From Macrostomum lignano (taxonomy: Eukaryota), in assembly GCA_002269645.1 (NCBI GenBank), contig NIVC01000906.1:62001-126000 (forward strand): a DNA stretch of 64,000 bases. Direction: 5' to 3'. How positions within the stretch are numbered: position 1 is the first letter of the stretch; each line of letters begins with the position of its first letter. The position numbers and the translations under genes were made by a program. Below, piece by piece: positions 12,340 through 23,655 of the stretch. Under the pieces are notes generated by a model, which saw nothing but the letters and a program-made list of their open reading frames with translations, had not been told where the DNA came from and did no database searches.

Positions 12340-12990
12340 CTGAGCCAGCCTCCCAGGTCCCCAGATTCTGGGCCAGCCTTCCAGATCCTCAGTTGCTGGA
12401 CCAGCCTCCCAGATCCTCAGTTGCTGGACCAGCCTCCCAGATCCTCAGTTGCTGGACCAGCCTCCCAGATCCTCAGTTGCTGGACCAGCCTCCCAGATCC
12501 TCAGTTGCTGGACCAGCCTCCCAGATCCTCAGTTGCTGGACCAGCCTCCCAGATCCTCAGTTGCTGGACCAGCCTCCCAGATCCTCAGTTGCTGGACCAG
12601 CCTCCCAGATCCTCAGTTGCTGGGCCAGCCTCCCAGATCCTCAGTTGCTGGGCCAGCCTCCCGGATTCCCAGTTGCTGGGCCAGCCTCCCAGATCCTCAG
12701 TTTCTGGGCCAGCCTCCCAGATCCCCAGTTGCTGGGCCAGCCTCCCAGATCCCCAGTTGCTGGGCCAGCCTCCCAGATCCTCAGTTGCTGGGCCAGCCTC
12801 CCAGATCCCCAGTTGCTGGGCCAGCCTCCCGGATCGTCAGTTGCTGGGCCAGCCTCCCGGATCCCCAGTTGCTGGGCCAGCCTCCCGGATCGTCAGTTGC
12901 TGGGCCAGCCTCCCGGATCCCCAGTTGCTGGGCCAGCCTCCCGGATCGTCAGTTGCTGGGCCAGCCTCCCGGATCCTCAGTTGCTGAGGT
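12340..12990. repeat. Minisatellite, 28 bp CCAGCCTCCCAGATCCTCAGTTGCTGG(A/G)
   Basis: Tandem periodicity; inverted relative of the 11620 array. Confidence 0.95.
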
Positions 12991-13004
12991 TATTGAGTTG
13001 CCAG

Positions 13005-13237
13005 ATGCCAAATTCTCGTGTTTAAAACACATCAGTAGAATAGATGCACTTCGAGCTGCATCACACAGCACTGCCCCATCATCCTCCCCATTTCATGCAG
13101 TCCGCCAGTTCAATGAAGAGCAGAGGGCAAAGGAGGCGGCCCAGCCAGCACCCAGCATCGAGGACCTGCTTGACAACATCGACCTGTCTGATTCCTTGTT
13201 TGACCTTCCCGAAGCGGTGGATCATGACGAACTTTGA
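13005..13237 (+). CDS. PLA2G12: Probable PLA2G12 terminal exon ending ...PEAVDHDEL* (ER-retention signal)
   Basis: Acceptors TTGCCAG| (13004) and GAATAG| (13043) are both in phase with the 11577 donor; frame ends HDEL-TGA; vertebrate group XII proteins end in KDEL-like motifs. Exact acceptor uncertain. Confidence 0.6.
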
Positions 13238-13844
13238 TTGGCGTTAAATGTTTTTTGTTTTAATTTGGCTCCGGTTTTAATTCAAAGATTCAAATGTTAT
13301 TTTTATTCGAAGAAATTTATTTATTTTAGTATATATTGCTACATTTCTCTCGATCTTGTTCCGTTATGCTACTTTAAGTAAGCTAATACTTCAGTAGTAT
13401 TATTTTTCCTGTTTCTTTGTTTTTATGAGCTAATTGGAATTTTTTCAGCGGTTAAACATTCCTTATAAATCGTGTTGGGCTATGTAAACTTTTTATAAAT
13501 ATCTATGCTGCTATAAATGTAGCTCATATAATCTATCTGAATTGGTGTTTCGAAGGCTCAAATTATTTTTGCAATTTGCAACTGAGTCGAATTTAACAAA
13601 TAGTGAATGAAAAATTGAATTCGTTTTTTAAATATATTTTCATAGAAAGAGCATGCAGACATGTACTTTTATGCAGGAGACAGCAGTGCAGATGCACTCT
13701 AAGTTGATTTGTATGCAGTGCTATAAAATAACAATTAGAAAACCATTAAAAGTACTTGGCATTACGGGGCCCTACATGCGCACACGCAATATATTAATAA
13801 TGAGGCTGAATGTTTCTTTAAAATAAATATTTTCTCAAATGAGC

Positions 13845-14171
13845 TCATGATGCCGGAGTCCCTGCGGGTGGATCTGGCAGTGGGTAGCCATTGTTGCCGG
13901 TTCCGTAGGCCACAGTAGATGGATAGATAGTCTGGTAGTGAGGCTGGAACTGCTGATGAGGCTGCTGCAGTGCAGCTGCGTAGCTCTGGTAGGAGCTGGC
14001 TAGATATGCTGCATCGTAGAGTTGCTGTTGAAATGGTGGTTGCTGCTGCCGGTCTTCCGGCTGTTGAAGGTGCTGCTGATGCGTCTCCTGATGCGGCAGC
14101 TGAGGAGGCTGACCGCTGTTCCTAAGCTTTTCCTCGCGGCGCCACTTTGCTCGGCGATTTGAGAACCAGAC
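13845..14171 (-). CDS. Pax6: Pax6 last coding exon (VWFSNRRAKWRREEKLRN... Q/Y-rich tail)
   Basis: Acceptor AACAG| phase 0; homeodomain helix 3 with Ser50; open to TGA at 13845-13847. Absent from the ORF track because it has no start codon. Confidence 0.92.
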   Translation of the reverse strand, partial: VWFSNRRAKWRREEKLRNSGQPPQLPHQETHQQHLQQPEDRQQQPPFQQQLYDAAYLASSYQSYAAALQQPHQQFQPHYQTIYPSTVAYGTGNNGYPLPDPPAGTPAS

Positions 14172-14299
14172 CTGTTGGTTATTAATTTGGGCGGCTGTTG
14201 AATGCCTTTCAGGTGTACATGTACGACTTAGCTTGATGCTCAGCCAAATTATTTAGGTTTTGTTAATCGTCCCTAAACTTAAGCTGCTCAAGAAAATGT

Positions 14300-15475
14300 C
14301 CCTGCGCCAATCAAGAATCGCCCCTAAACCAGTCAATAATCGCTCCTGAACTAGTCAAGAATCGCCCCGGCCCCCTGAACTACTCAATAATCGCCCCTGA
14401 GCCAGTCAAGAATCGCTGCTGAGCCAGTCAAGAATCGCCCCTGACTGAACCAGTCAAGAATCGCCCCTGACTAAACCAGTCAAGAATAGCCCCTGACTAA
14501 ACCAGTCAAGAATCGCCCCTGAATGAACCAGTCAAGAATTGCCCCTGACTGACCTAGTCAAGAATCGCCCTGAACTACTCCAGAATCGCCCCTGAACCAG
14601 TCAAGAATCGCCCCAGAGCTAGTCAAGAATCGCCTCTGACTGTACCAGTCAAGAATCGCCCCTGAGCCAGTCAAGAATCGCTCCTGAGCCAGTCAAGAAT
14701 CGCCTCTGACTGAACCAGTCAAGAATCGCCCCTGAACTACTCAAGAATCGCCCCTAACTGAACCAGTCAAGAATCGCTCCTGACTGACCCAGTCAAGAAT
14801 CGCCCTGAACTACTCCAGAATCGCCCCTGAACCAGTCAAGAATCGCCCCTGACTGACCCAGTCAAGAATCGCCCCTAACTTACCCAGTCAAGAATCGCCC
14901 CTAGCTTACCCAGTCAAGAATCGCCCTGAACTACTCCAGAATCGCCCCTGAACCAGTCAAGAATCGCCTCTGACTGACCCAGTCAAGAATCGCCCCTGAG
15001 TGAACCAGTCAAGAATCGCCTTTGACAGTCAGTCAAGAAACGCCCCTGAGACAGTCAAGAATCGGCTCTGACCGTACCAGTCAAGAATCGCCCCTGAGCC
15101 AGTCAAGAATCGCCTCTGACTGTACCAGTCAAGAATCGCCCCTGAGCCAGTCAAGAATCGCCTCTGACTCTACCAGTCAAGAATCGCCCCTGAGCCAGTC
15201 AAGAATCGCTCCTGAGCCAGTCAAGAATCGCCTCTGACTGAACCAGTCAAGAATCGCCCCTGAGCCAGTCAAGAATCGCCTCTGACTGAACCAGTCAAGA
15301 ATCGCCCCTGAGCCAGTCAAGAATCGCCTCTGACTGAACCAGTTAAGAATCGCCTCTGACTGAACCAGTCAAGAATCGCCCTGAGCCAGTCAAGAATCGC
15401 CTCTGACTGAACCAGTCAAGAATCGCCCCTGAGCCAGTCGAGAATCGCTCCTGAACCAGTCAAGAATCGCCCCTG
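14300..15475. repeat. Minisatellite, variable ~24-28 bp CCAGTCAAGAATCGCCCCTGA, Pax6 intron
   Basis: Tandem periodicity filling most of the intron. Confidence 0.95.
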
Positions 15476-15492
15476 TGTCAGTCGAGACCCAC

Positions 15493-15740
15493 CTGAATCC
15501 GGGCCTCGGGTAGGCCAATCCTCTTTGACAGTGACTCCCTAGCGAACACATCCGGGTAGTGGGTCCTCTCGAACTCCTTCTCCAGCCAATCCAGCTGCTC
15601 CTGCGTGAAGGCTGTCCTGTTCCTCTGCAGCTTCCGCTTCAGCATCATCCTCAGGTCGTCGCTGTCCGCCCCCGCCTCGCTGTCAGTTGACGACTCGTCA
15701 GCGCCGGATTGGCCAGGCGAGCTGGGCGGCTCCGGGGGGT
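15493..15740 (-). CDS. Pax6: Pax6 homeodomain exon ([13 protein letters not shown]...PEARIQ)
   Basis: Acceptor CCCGCAG| phase 1, donor CAG|GTGGGT phase 0; Pax6-type [10 protein letters not shown] and [10 protein letters not shown]. Confidence 0.95.
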
Positions 15741-15827
15741 CTGCGGGTTTGGGCGATTTGTTTGAGGAATGAATGCAAAAGTCTTCAAAACTTGGGGGTT
15801 CCTCAGATCCTTTGATCAATTACGAGT

Positions 15828-17846
15828 ACTGATGCCACATCCGCCAGCTCAGATCCTTCAGTGACTGATGCCACATCCGCCAGCTCAGATCCTTCAGTGA
15901 CTGATGCCACATCCGCCAGCTCAGATCCTTCAGTGACTGATTCCACATCCGCCAGCTCAGATCCTTCAGTGACTGATGCCACATCCGCCAGCTCAGATCC
16001 TTCAGTGACTGATGCCACATCCGCCAGCTCAGATCCTTCAGTGACTGATGCCACATCCGCCAGCTCAGATCCTTCAGTGACTGATGCCACATCCGCCAGC
16101 TCAGATCCTTCAGTGACTGATGCCACATCCGCCAGCTCAGATCCTTCAGTGACTGATGCCACATCCGCCAGCTCAGATCCTTCAGTGACTGATGCCACAT
16201 CCGCCAGCTCAGATCCTTCAGTGACTGATGCCACATCCGCCAGCTCAGATCCTTCAATTCAGTGACTGATGCCACATCCGCCAGCTCAGATCCTTCAGTG
16301 ACTGATGCCACATCCGCCAGCTCAGATCCTTCAGTGACTGATGCCACATCCGCCAGCTCAGATCCTTCAGTGACTGATGCCACATCCGCCAGCTCAGATC
16401 CTTCAGTGACTGATGCCACATCCGGCAGCTCAGATCCTTCAGTGACTGATGCCACATCCGCCAGCTCAGATCCTTCAGTGACTGATGCCACATCCGCCAG
16501 CTCAGATCCTTCAGTGACTGATGCCACATCCGCCAGCTCAGATCCTTCAGTGACTGATGCCACATCCGCCAGCTCAGATCCTTCAGTGACTGATGCCACA
16601 TCCGCCAGCTCAGATCCTTCAGTGACTGATTCCACATCCGCCAGCTCAGATCCTTCAGTGACTGATGCCACATCCGCCAGCTCAGATCCTTCAGTGACTG
16701 ATGCCACATCCGCCAGCTCAGATCCTTCAGTGACTGATGCCACATCCGCCAGCTCAGATCCTTCAGTGACTGATGCCACATCCGCCAGCTCAGATCCTTC
16801 AGTGACTGATGCCACATCCGCCAGCTCAGATCCTTCAGTGACTGATGCCACATCCGCCAGCTCAGATCCTTCAGTGACTGATTCCACATCCGCCAGCTCA
16901 GATCCTTCAGTGACTGATGCCACATCCGCCAGCTCAGATCCTTCAGTGACTGATGCCACATCCGCCAGCTCAGATCCTTCAGTGACTGATGCCACATCCG
17001 CCAGCTCAGATCCTTCAGTGACTGATGCCACATCCGCCAGCTCAGATCCTTCAGTGACTGATGCCACATCCGCCAGCTCAGATCCTTCAGTGACTGATTC
17101 CACATCCGCCAGCTCAGATCCTTCAGTGACTGATGCCACATCCGCCAGCTCAGATCCTTCAGTGACTGATGCCACATCCGCCAGCTCAGATCCTTCAGTG
17201 ACTGATGCCACATCCGCCAGCTCAGATCCTTCAGTGACTGATGCCACATCCGCCAGCTCAGATCCTTCAGTGACTGATGCCACATCCGCCAGCTCAGATC
17301 CTTCAGTGACTGATGCCACATCCGCCAGCTCAGATCCTTCAGTGACTGATGCCACATCCGCCAGCTCAGATCCTTCAATTCAGTGACTGATGCCACATCC
17401 GCCAGCTCAGATCCTTAAATTCAGTGACTGATGCCACATCCGCCAGCTCAGATCCTTAAATTCAGTGACTGATGCCACATCCGCCAGCTCAGATCCTTCA
17501 GTGACTGATGCCACATCCGCCAGCTCAGATCCTTCAGTGACTGATGCCACATCCGCCAGCTCAGATCCTTCAGTGACTGATGCCACATCCGCCAGCTCAG
17601 ATCCTTCAGTGACTGATGCCACATCCGCCAGCTCAGATCCTTCAGTGACTGATGCCACATCCGCCTGCTCAGATCCTTCAGTGACTGATGCCACATCCGC
17701 CAGCTCAGATCCTTCAGTGACTGATGCCACATCCGCCAGCTCAGATCCTTCAGTGACTGATGCCACATCCGCCTGCTCAGATCCTTCAGTGACTGATGCC
17801 ACATCCGCCAGCTCAGATCCTTCAGTGACTGATGCCACATCCGCCA
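15828..17846. repeat. Near-perfect 36-bp minisatellite AGTGACTGATGCCACATCCGCCAGCTCAGATCCTTC (~55 copies), Pax6 intron
   Basis: Tandem periodicity; explains the spurious DVASVTEGSELA ORFs. Confidence 0.97.
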
Positions 17847-17972
17847 AATTATTTTTTTCAACGAAAGCTTAAATTGAATTGTAGAAAAAACAAAAAAATA
17901 ACCTAAATATTTTGAATACCCTACTCAGAACCCATGCTAACAGTAGTATCATTAACATATTCAGTTTCCCAC

Positions 17973-18477
17973 CTCCTACTACGCTGCCTCCGGCGCAGGC
18001 CTCATCTCCATCCTCGTCTGCTGCTGCCGTTGACTTGGCGTTCGCCGCTGCCGCTGCCTGCACCGCTGCAGCCGCCGCCGCCTGCTGGAAGCCGTTGAGG
18101 GCCGCGGCAGCGAAACCGGCGGCTGACACAGCAGCTTCGGGGTGCTGATGCTGCTGCTGTTGCTGTTGGTGCAGTTGATAGGGCTCCGCTGGTGTCTGGT
18201 TTGGCTGTTGGTCCTCCTGCTGCTGCTGCTGCTGCTGGGCCTGAGTCTGCGCGTACCACGCGGCATGCGCCTGGCTCCAGTGGCCTCCCAGCAGGTGCAG
18301 CTTGTCGTACACCGCGCCGCCGCCACTGAAACTTGCAGCGGCTGCGGCTGCGGCGGCGGCTGCTGCGGCTGCTGCTGCAGCGGTGGCCTGGGGATGGTGC
18401 GAGTCTCCGCTGCTGTGGCTGCCAGCGGCCGCTGCTTCGGTGGACAGGTTGCGAAGAACCCGATTGATGGAGGACAC
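17973..18477 (-). CDS. Pax6: Pax6 linker exon (VSSINRVLRNL...YDKLHLLGGHW...WY, poly-A/poly-Q)
   Basis: Acceptor TTCCAG| phase 0, donor G|GTGGGA phase 1; end of paired domain plus the Pax6 linker motif YDKL. Confidence 0.92.
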
Positions 18478-18509
18478 CTGGAATGAGTTGGGAGACGGCG
18501 GGTAAAGAT

Positions 18510-18830
18510 GAGAATTAGGTAGAGTAGGGGAGAGTCAGGGAAGTCTGGGAGAGTCGGGGAGAGTCAGGGAGAGTCAGTAAGAGGCAGGGAGAGTCAGTAA
18601 ATGTCAGGGAGAGTCAGTAAGAGGCAGGGAGAGTCAGGGAGCGTCGGGGAGAGTCAGTAAAAGTCAGGGAGAGTCAGGGAGAGTTGGGGAGAGTCAGTAA
18701 AAGTCAGGGAGAGTCAGGGAGAGTTGGGGAGAGTCAGTAAGAGGCAGGGAGAGTCAGGGAGAGTCAGGGAGCGTCGGGGAGAGTCAGTAAGAGGCAGGGA
18801 GTTTCAGGGAGAGTCAGGAATCAAAGTAGA
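18510..18830. repeat. GGGAGAGTCA-type minisatellite abutting a Pax6 acceptor
   Basis: 10/20-bp periodicity. Confidence 0.9.
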
Positions 18831-19349
18831 GAATCAGGGTCACAGTTCTGTGACGGCAGCGCGGACAACAGAATACCCTGTAAAAATTTGACAATTAACA
18901 AGCGAGGTCGGGGAGAGTCTAAAAAATCCCAGTTTTTCGCAATACCCCCCCCCCCCTAACCATGGGGATCAGCTCATTCTAGCGAGTAAGAACTGGAATA
19001 TAGTATTCGGCATTCATACTGTAGGACTTCAAATAATGCTGTATGAAGCCTTCTTCAGTTCGCCAGACTTAACACTGAAGAGAGAAGGGACTGGAGGTCT
19101 GTGAGCCGTTTCCCGAATCCCAGTAATTATCTCCCAGTCTGCTAGGTGATGCTCATCTGACCAGAAAATCGAGTCATCTGTAATCTTACAGACGGACTCA
19201 CGAGGATATCCCCGGCTCCTGTAACCTTTGCCGAGACCACCCTGATCAAGTCCCTGATCCTATAGGTTAGGAATGTCAAGAAAGGGCGGGCATTGGCCGA
19301 TTTCACCTGGAGATTTTTTTAATTCAAACTAATTGCGGGCTTGCTCAGT

Positions 19350-19628
19350 GCCATTAAAATTGGCGCCTCATTATTGATTCAATTTGGCGCCTCGATATCG
19401 ATTGAATTTGGCGCCTCAATATTGATTGAATTTGGCGCCTCAATATCGATTGAATTTGGCGCCTCAATATCGGTTGAATTTGGCGCCTCAATATCGATTG
19501 AATTTGGCGCCTCAATATTGATTGAATTTGGCGCCTCAATATCGATTGAATTTGGCGCCTCAATATCGATTGAATTTGGCGCCTCAATATCGATTGAGTT
19601 TGGCGCCTCAATATCGATTGAATTTTAA
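19350..19628. repeat. 24-bp minisatellite GAATTTGGCGCCTCAATATCGATT
   Basis: Tandem periodicity. Confidence 0.95.
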
Positions 19629-19723
19629 TGTGATTTCTGAATTTATGATCGATTGAACTCTATATCTAAATAATTCAAATCGGCGCCCTTGTCTGACAGT
19701 TAAAACAAACAAACGCCACTCAC

Positions 19724-20070
19724 GCTAGGAATAGTGTCCTGACTGCAGACTCCCTCCTGCATCAGCCGGTCTCGAATCTCCCAGGCGAAGATACTCGGGC
19801 ACTCGCGTTTGTACATGGCGATCCTGTCCACCACAGATTTCGTGGCCACCCGGGGCTTGGAGCCGCCGATGGCCTTCGGCAGCATGGAGCCGGTTTCGTA
19901 GAATCGGCACAGGATCTTCGACACGCAGCCGTTGGACACCTGCAGGATGCGGGAGATGTCGCAGGGCCGGGCGCCGCCCCTGGCCAAGTCGATGATGCGA
20001 TGCCGAGTGCTGTCCGGCAGGGGGCGCCCGTTCACGAACACCCCGCCGAGCTGGTTCACGCCCGAGTGGC
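19724..20070 (-). CDS. Pax6: Pax6 paired-domain exon
   Basis: (G)[22 protein letters not shown]...[12 protein letters not shown]...[13 protein letters not shown]; Pax6-diagnostic I-Q-N residues; acceptor CCAAG| phase 1, donor AGC|GTGAGT. Confidence 0.96.
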
Positions 20071-20129
20071 CTTGGCGACAGGGAAACGGTTGGGGGAGAA
20101 GTGATGCAAGGAGCTGTGTTTACAGGCGC

Positions 20130-20455
20130 CACTTATAAATCAGCGCCACTCATACCTTGGCGCCTCTCTAAATCGGCGCCACTCTAAATCGGCGCCACTC
20201 TAAATCGGCGCCACTCTAAATCGGCGCCACTCTAAATCGGCGCCACTCTAAATCGGCGCCACTCTAAATCGGCACCACTCATACCTTGGCGCCACTCTAA
20301 ATCGGCGCCACTCAAAAACAGGCGCCACTCTAAATCGGCGCCACTCATATTGGCGCCACTTATAAGTCAGCGCCATTCTAAGTCGGCGCCACTCATAAAT
20401 TAGCGCCACTTATAAATCGGCGCCATTCTAAATCGGCGCCACTCAAAAAGCGGCA
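20130..20455. repeat. 16-bp minisatellite TAAATCGGCGCCACTC
   Basis: Tandem periodicity. Confidence 0.93.
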
Positions 20456-20934
20456 CTGATGACGAGCCGTCTGGATCAACTGAACTGCCTTCTCAGACTC
20501 AGCAATGCGCAGGATATATTGCATATGCATGGCTTCTCAATACAGTCGGGTTGGCCCGCGGCTGTTTTCTTGTGTGACAGCTCGTGAAAGTATTATACCG
20601 CTATGTTACGAGATTTCGACTTTTAGTTGCTAACCAACATTTGCAGACTTTTTTCCAGTCTTTCCAGCCGCGCGGCCCTCCCATGTCAGACATTTGAAAT
20701 CCTGGCAGTCCAGTTTCAGATTGAGCCTCTCCCCCCCTCTCTCTCTCCCCTTCCCTTTTCTCCCCTTCTCGTCTCCCGATGACAGAACTGAATCCCGGGG
20801 ATCAGTGATTGATCGCCTAGCGGTTTGAGCACTTCGGGAACTCGATTCGAAGTAATGAGTCCATATAGAAGTTTTATTACTGTGTTATAATTTTTTCGTT
20901 GTAGCTATGCCAATTCTGGCGCTTTGAAACGGCG

Positions 20935-21355
20935 CTTTAGGATGTCAGGAAGCGCTGATTCAAGATGCCAGAAAGCGCCGATTTCAGATGTCAGTAAACG
21001 TCGGTTTTAGATGTCAGGAAGCGCTAAGTTCAAATGTCAGAAAGCGTTAAGTTCAGGTGTCAGAAAGCGCCAATTTCAGATGTCAGGAAGCGCCGATTTC
21101 AGATTTCAGGAAGCGCCGATTTCAGATGTCAGGAAGCGCCGATTTCAGATTTCAGGAAGCGCCAATTTCAGATGTCAGGAAGCGCCGATTTCAGATTTCA
21201 GGAAGCGCCGATTTCAGATGTCAGGAAGCGCCAATTTCAGATGTCAGGAAGCGCCGATTTCAGATGTCAGGAAGCGCCAATTTCAGATGTCAGGAAGCGC
21301 CAATTTCAGATGTCAGGAAGCGCCGATTTCAGATGTCAGGAAGCGCCAATTTCGG
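20935..21355. repeat. 23-bp minisatellite AGGAAGCGCC(A/G)ATTTCAGATGTC
   Basis: Tandem periodicity. Confidence 0.93.
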
Positions 21356-21859
21356 CTGTCTTTTTCCCGAAATTTCGCGAAAACTTCGCTACTGACAAGC
21401 CACTGCTAGAATGCGGTCAGTGGAGGGTCAGCCCGGTATCCAACTTGAACCAGAATCGATGCGCAATCCTTTCCAGTCCTCCCGAGCCCCTCCCCCCCTC
21501 CGTCCAAGATTTCGACCGTTCTCGGGCTCAAGCAAGGAGTCTGGAGGGCCCAGAATTGATTTCCACTCAACCCTGCTCCCCAATGCCCGACTTGCCACCG
21601 CATACCCCTGATTTAATTACCTCAAGGATGTTGCAATCGACTCTATATGTCGGGGTTTGCGGGAGATGAGCTGGCGGGGAAAGGAGAGAGAGGGGCCCTC
21701 CTAACACTGCATTGCGTCTTTCCTCTGCTGCTCGCTATCCACCTTTTTTGCTTTATTTCTTCCCCGCGTATGGCTAAGGCTAAAAAAGATGTTTTACCAA
21801 ACATTTTCCCTGCACAGCAACCAAGTCCGGACTCATCCTGCAGTCGGTTGATCTCAGGA

Positions 21860-22385
21860 CTCCAAAGTTTTGTGTCTTTTCAGCAATTAAGTTTGTGTCT
21901 TTTTGGCAATTAAGTTTGTGTCTTTTCAGCAATGAAGTTTGTGTCTTTTTCACCTTGAAGTTTGTGTCTTTTCGGTGTTGAAGTTTGTCTCTTTTGACGT
22001 TGAAGTTTGGGCATTTTCGGCATTGAACTTTGTGTCTTTTGGCTTTGAAGTTTGTGTCTTTCCGGCAATGAAGTTCGTGTCTTTTCGGTGTTGAAGTTTG
22101 TGTCTTTTCGGTGTTGAAGTTTGTGTCTTTTCGGCGTTGAAGTTTGTGTCTTTTCGGTGTTGGAGTTTGTGTCTTTTTGACCTTGAAGTTTGTGTCTTTC
22201 GACGTTGAAGTTTGTGTCTTTTGGCTTTGAAGTTTGTGTCTTTTTGGCGTTGGAGTTTCTGTCTTTTTGCCGTTGATGTTTGTGTCTTTTCAGCAATGAA
22301 GTTTGTGTCTTTTTGGCGTTTGAGTTTCTGTCTTTTTGCCGTTGATGTTTGTGTCTTTTGGCTTTAAAGTTTGTGTCTTTTCGGC
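21860..22385. repeat. ~21-22-bp minisatellite TTGAAGTTTGTGTCTTTTCGG
   Basis: Tandem periodicity, degenerate. Confidence 0.9.
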
Positions 22386-22924
22386 GCTAAATTGGGGTTT
22401 GCCAGTCAGTTCAGTCATTCGATGCTCCCCAAATCCTTGATCCCTAAACCTCTAGATCGCTAAGCCTAAAGAAACCTCCCCACAGTTTTTCAACTCTTTG
22501 TGCAAGTCTTTATGATTTGTTATCAATATCAAAAATCTATTCCACCTCTCACAATATAACTTCATTGTTCAATGTCCATGCAGTCATTGTGTAGCCTTTT
22601 CCCCCGAAATGCCATCATTGCGTGCGTTTCGCTGATGGGTTGAAGAAATATTAAACAGCAAAGTTTTGAATTTCTCAGGCAAACTGCAATCGGAGTCTGC
22701 AGGCTTTGTGTTGTCATTTTTTTCTAAATCTGTTTCACTTCCCATTCGAGTTCCTTAGCGGCTTGCGTGCGCGACTGGGGACTCAGAAAGTCACCAATGC
22801 AACGAAAAAACAAGTTGTTGACGATTTTTTTAGCTTAAAACATTTCATTCGCAGATTCTCTGGTGGAAATTTAAGAAGCTCGCGTGTCTGACAGTGAGCA
22901 AAGGATTCGAGTGGAGTTGCTCGA

Positions 22925-23655
22925 TTCTTGGAATCCCGAATCCTGGATCCCGAATCCTGAATCCCGAATCCTGAATCCCGAATCCTGAATCCCGAATCCT
23001 GAATCCCGAATCCTGAATCCCGAATCCTGAATCCCGAATCCTGAATCCCGAATCCCGAATCCTGAATCCCGAATCCTGAATCCCGAATCCTGAATCCCGA
23101 ATCCTGAATCCCGAATCCTGAATCCCGAATCCTGAATCCCGAATCCTGAATCCCGAATCCTGAATCCCGAATCCTGAATCCCGAATCCTGAATCCCGAAT
23201 CCTGAATCCCGAATCCCGAATCCTGAATCCCGAATCCTGAATCCCGAATCCTGAATCCCGAATCCTGAATCCCGAATCCTGAATCCCGAATCCTGAATCC
23301 CGAATCCTGAATCCCGAATCCTGAATCCCGAATCCTGAATCCCGAATCCTGAATCCCGAATCCTGAATCCCGAATCCCGAATCATAAAGCTTCAATCCCG
23401 AACCCCAAAACCCGAATCTCGAATCCCGAATCATGAATCCCGAATCTCGAACCCCGAATCATGAATCCCGAATCTCGAATCCCGAATCATGAATCCCGAA
23501 TCTCGAATCCCGAATCATTAATCCGGAATCCCGAATCCCAAAACCCGAATCTCGAATCCCGAATCATGAATCCCGAATCTCGAATCCCAAAACCCGAATC
23601 TCGAATCCCGAATCATGAAGCTTCAATCCCGAATCCCGAATCCTGAATCCCGAAT
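22925..23655. repeat. 14-bp satellite GAATCCCGAATCCT (7-bp subunit)
   Basis: Tandem periodicity. Confidence 0.95.

Noticed and set aside
15828-17846. 36-bp repeat resembling a CRISPR repeat length
   Set aside because: Units are directly adjacent with no spacers, no cas genes, and the context is a eukaryotic intron.
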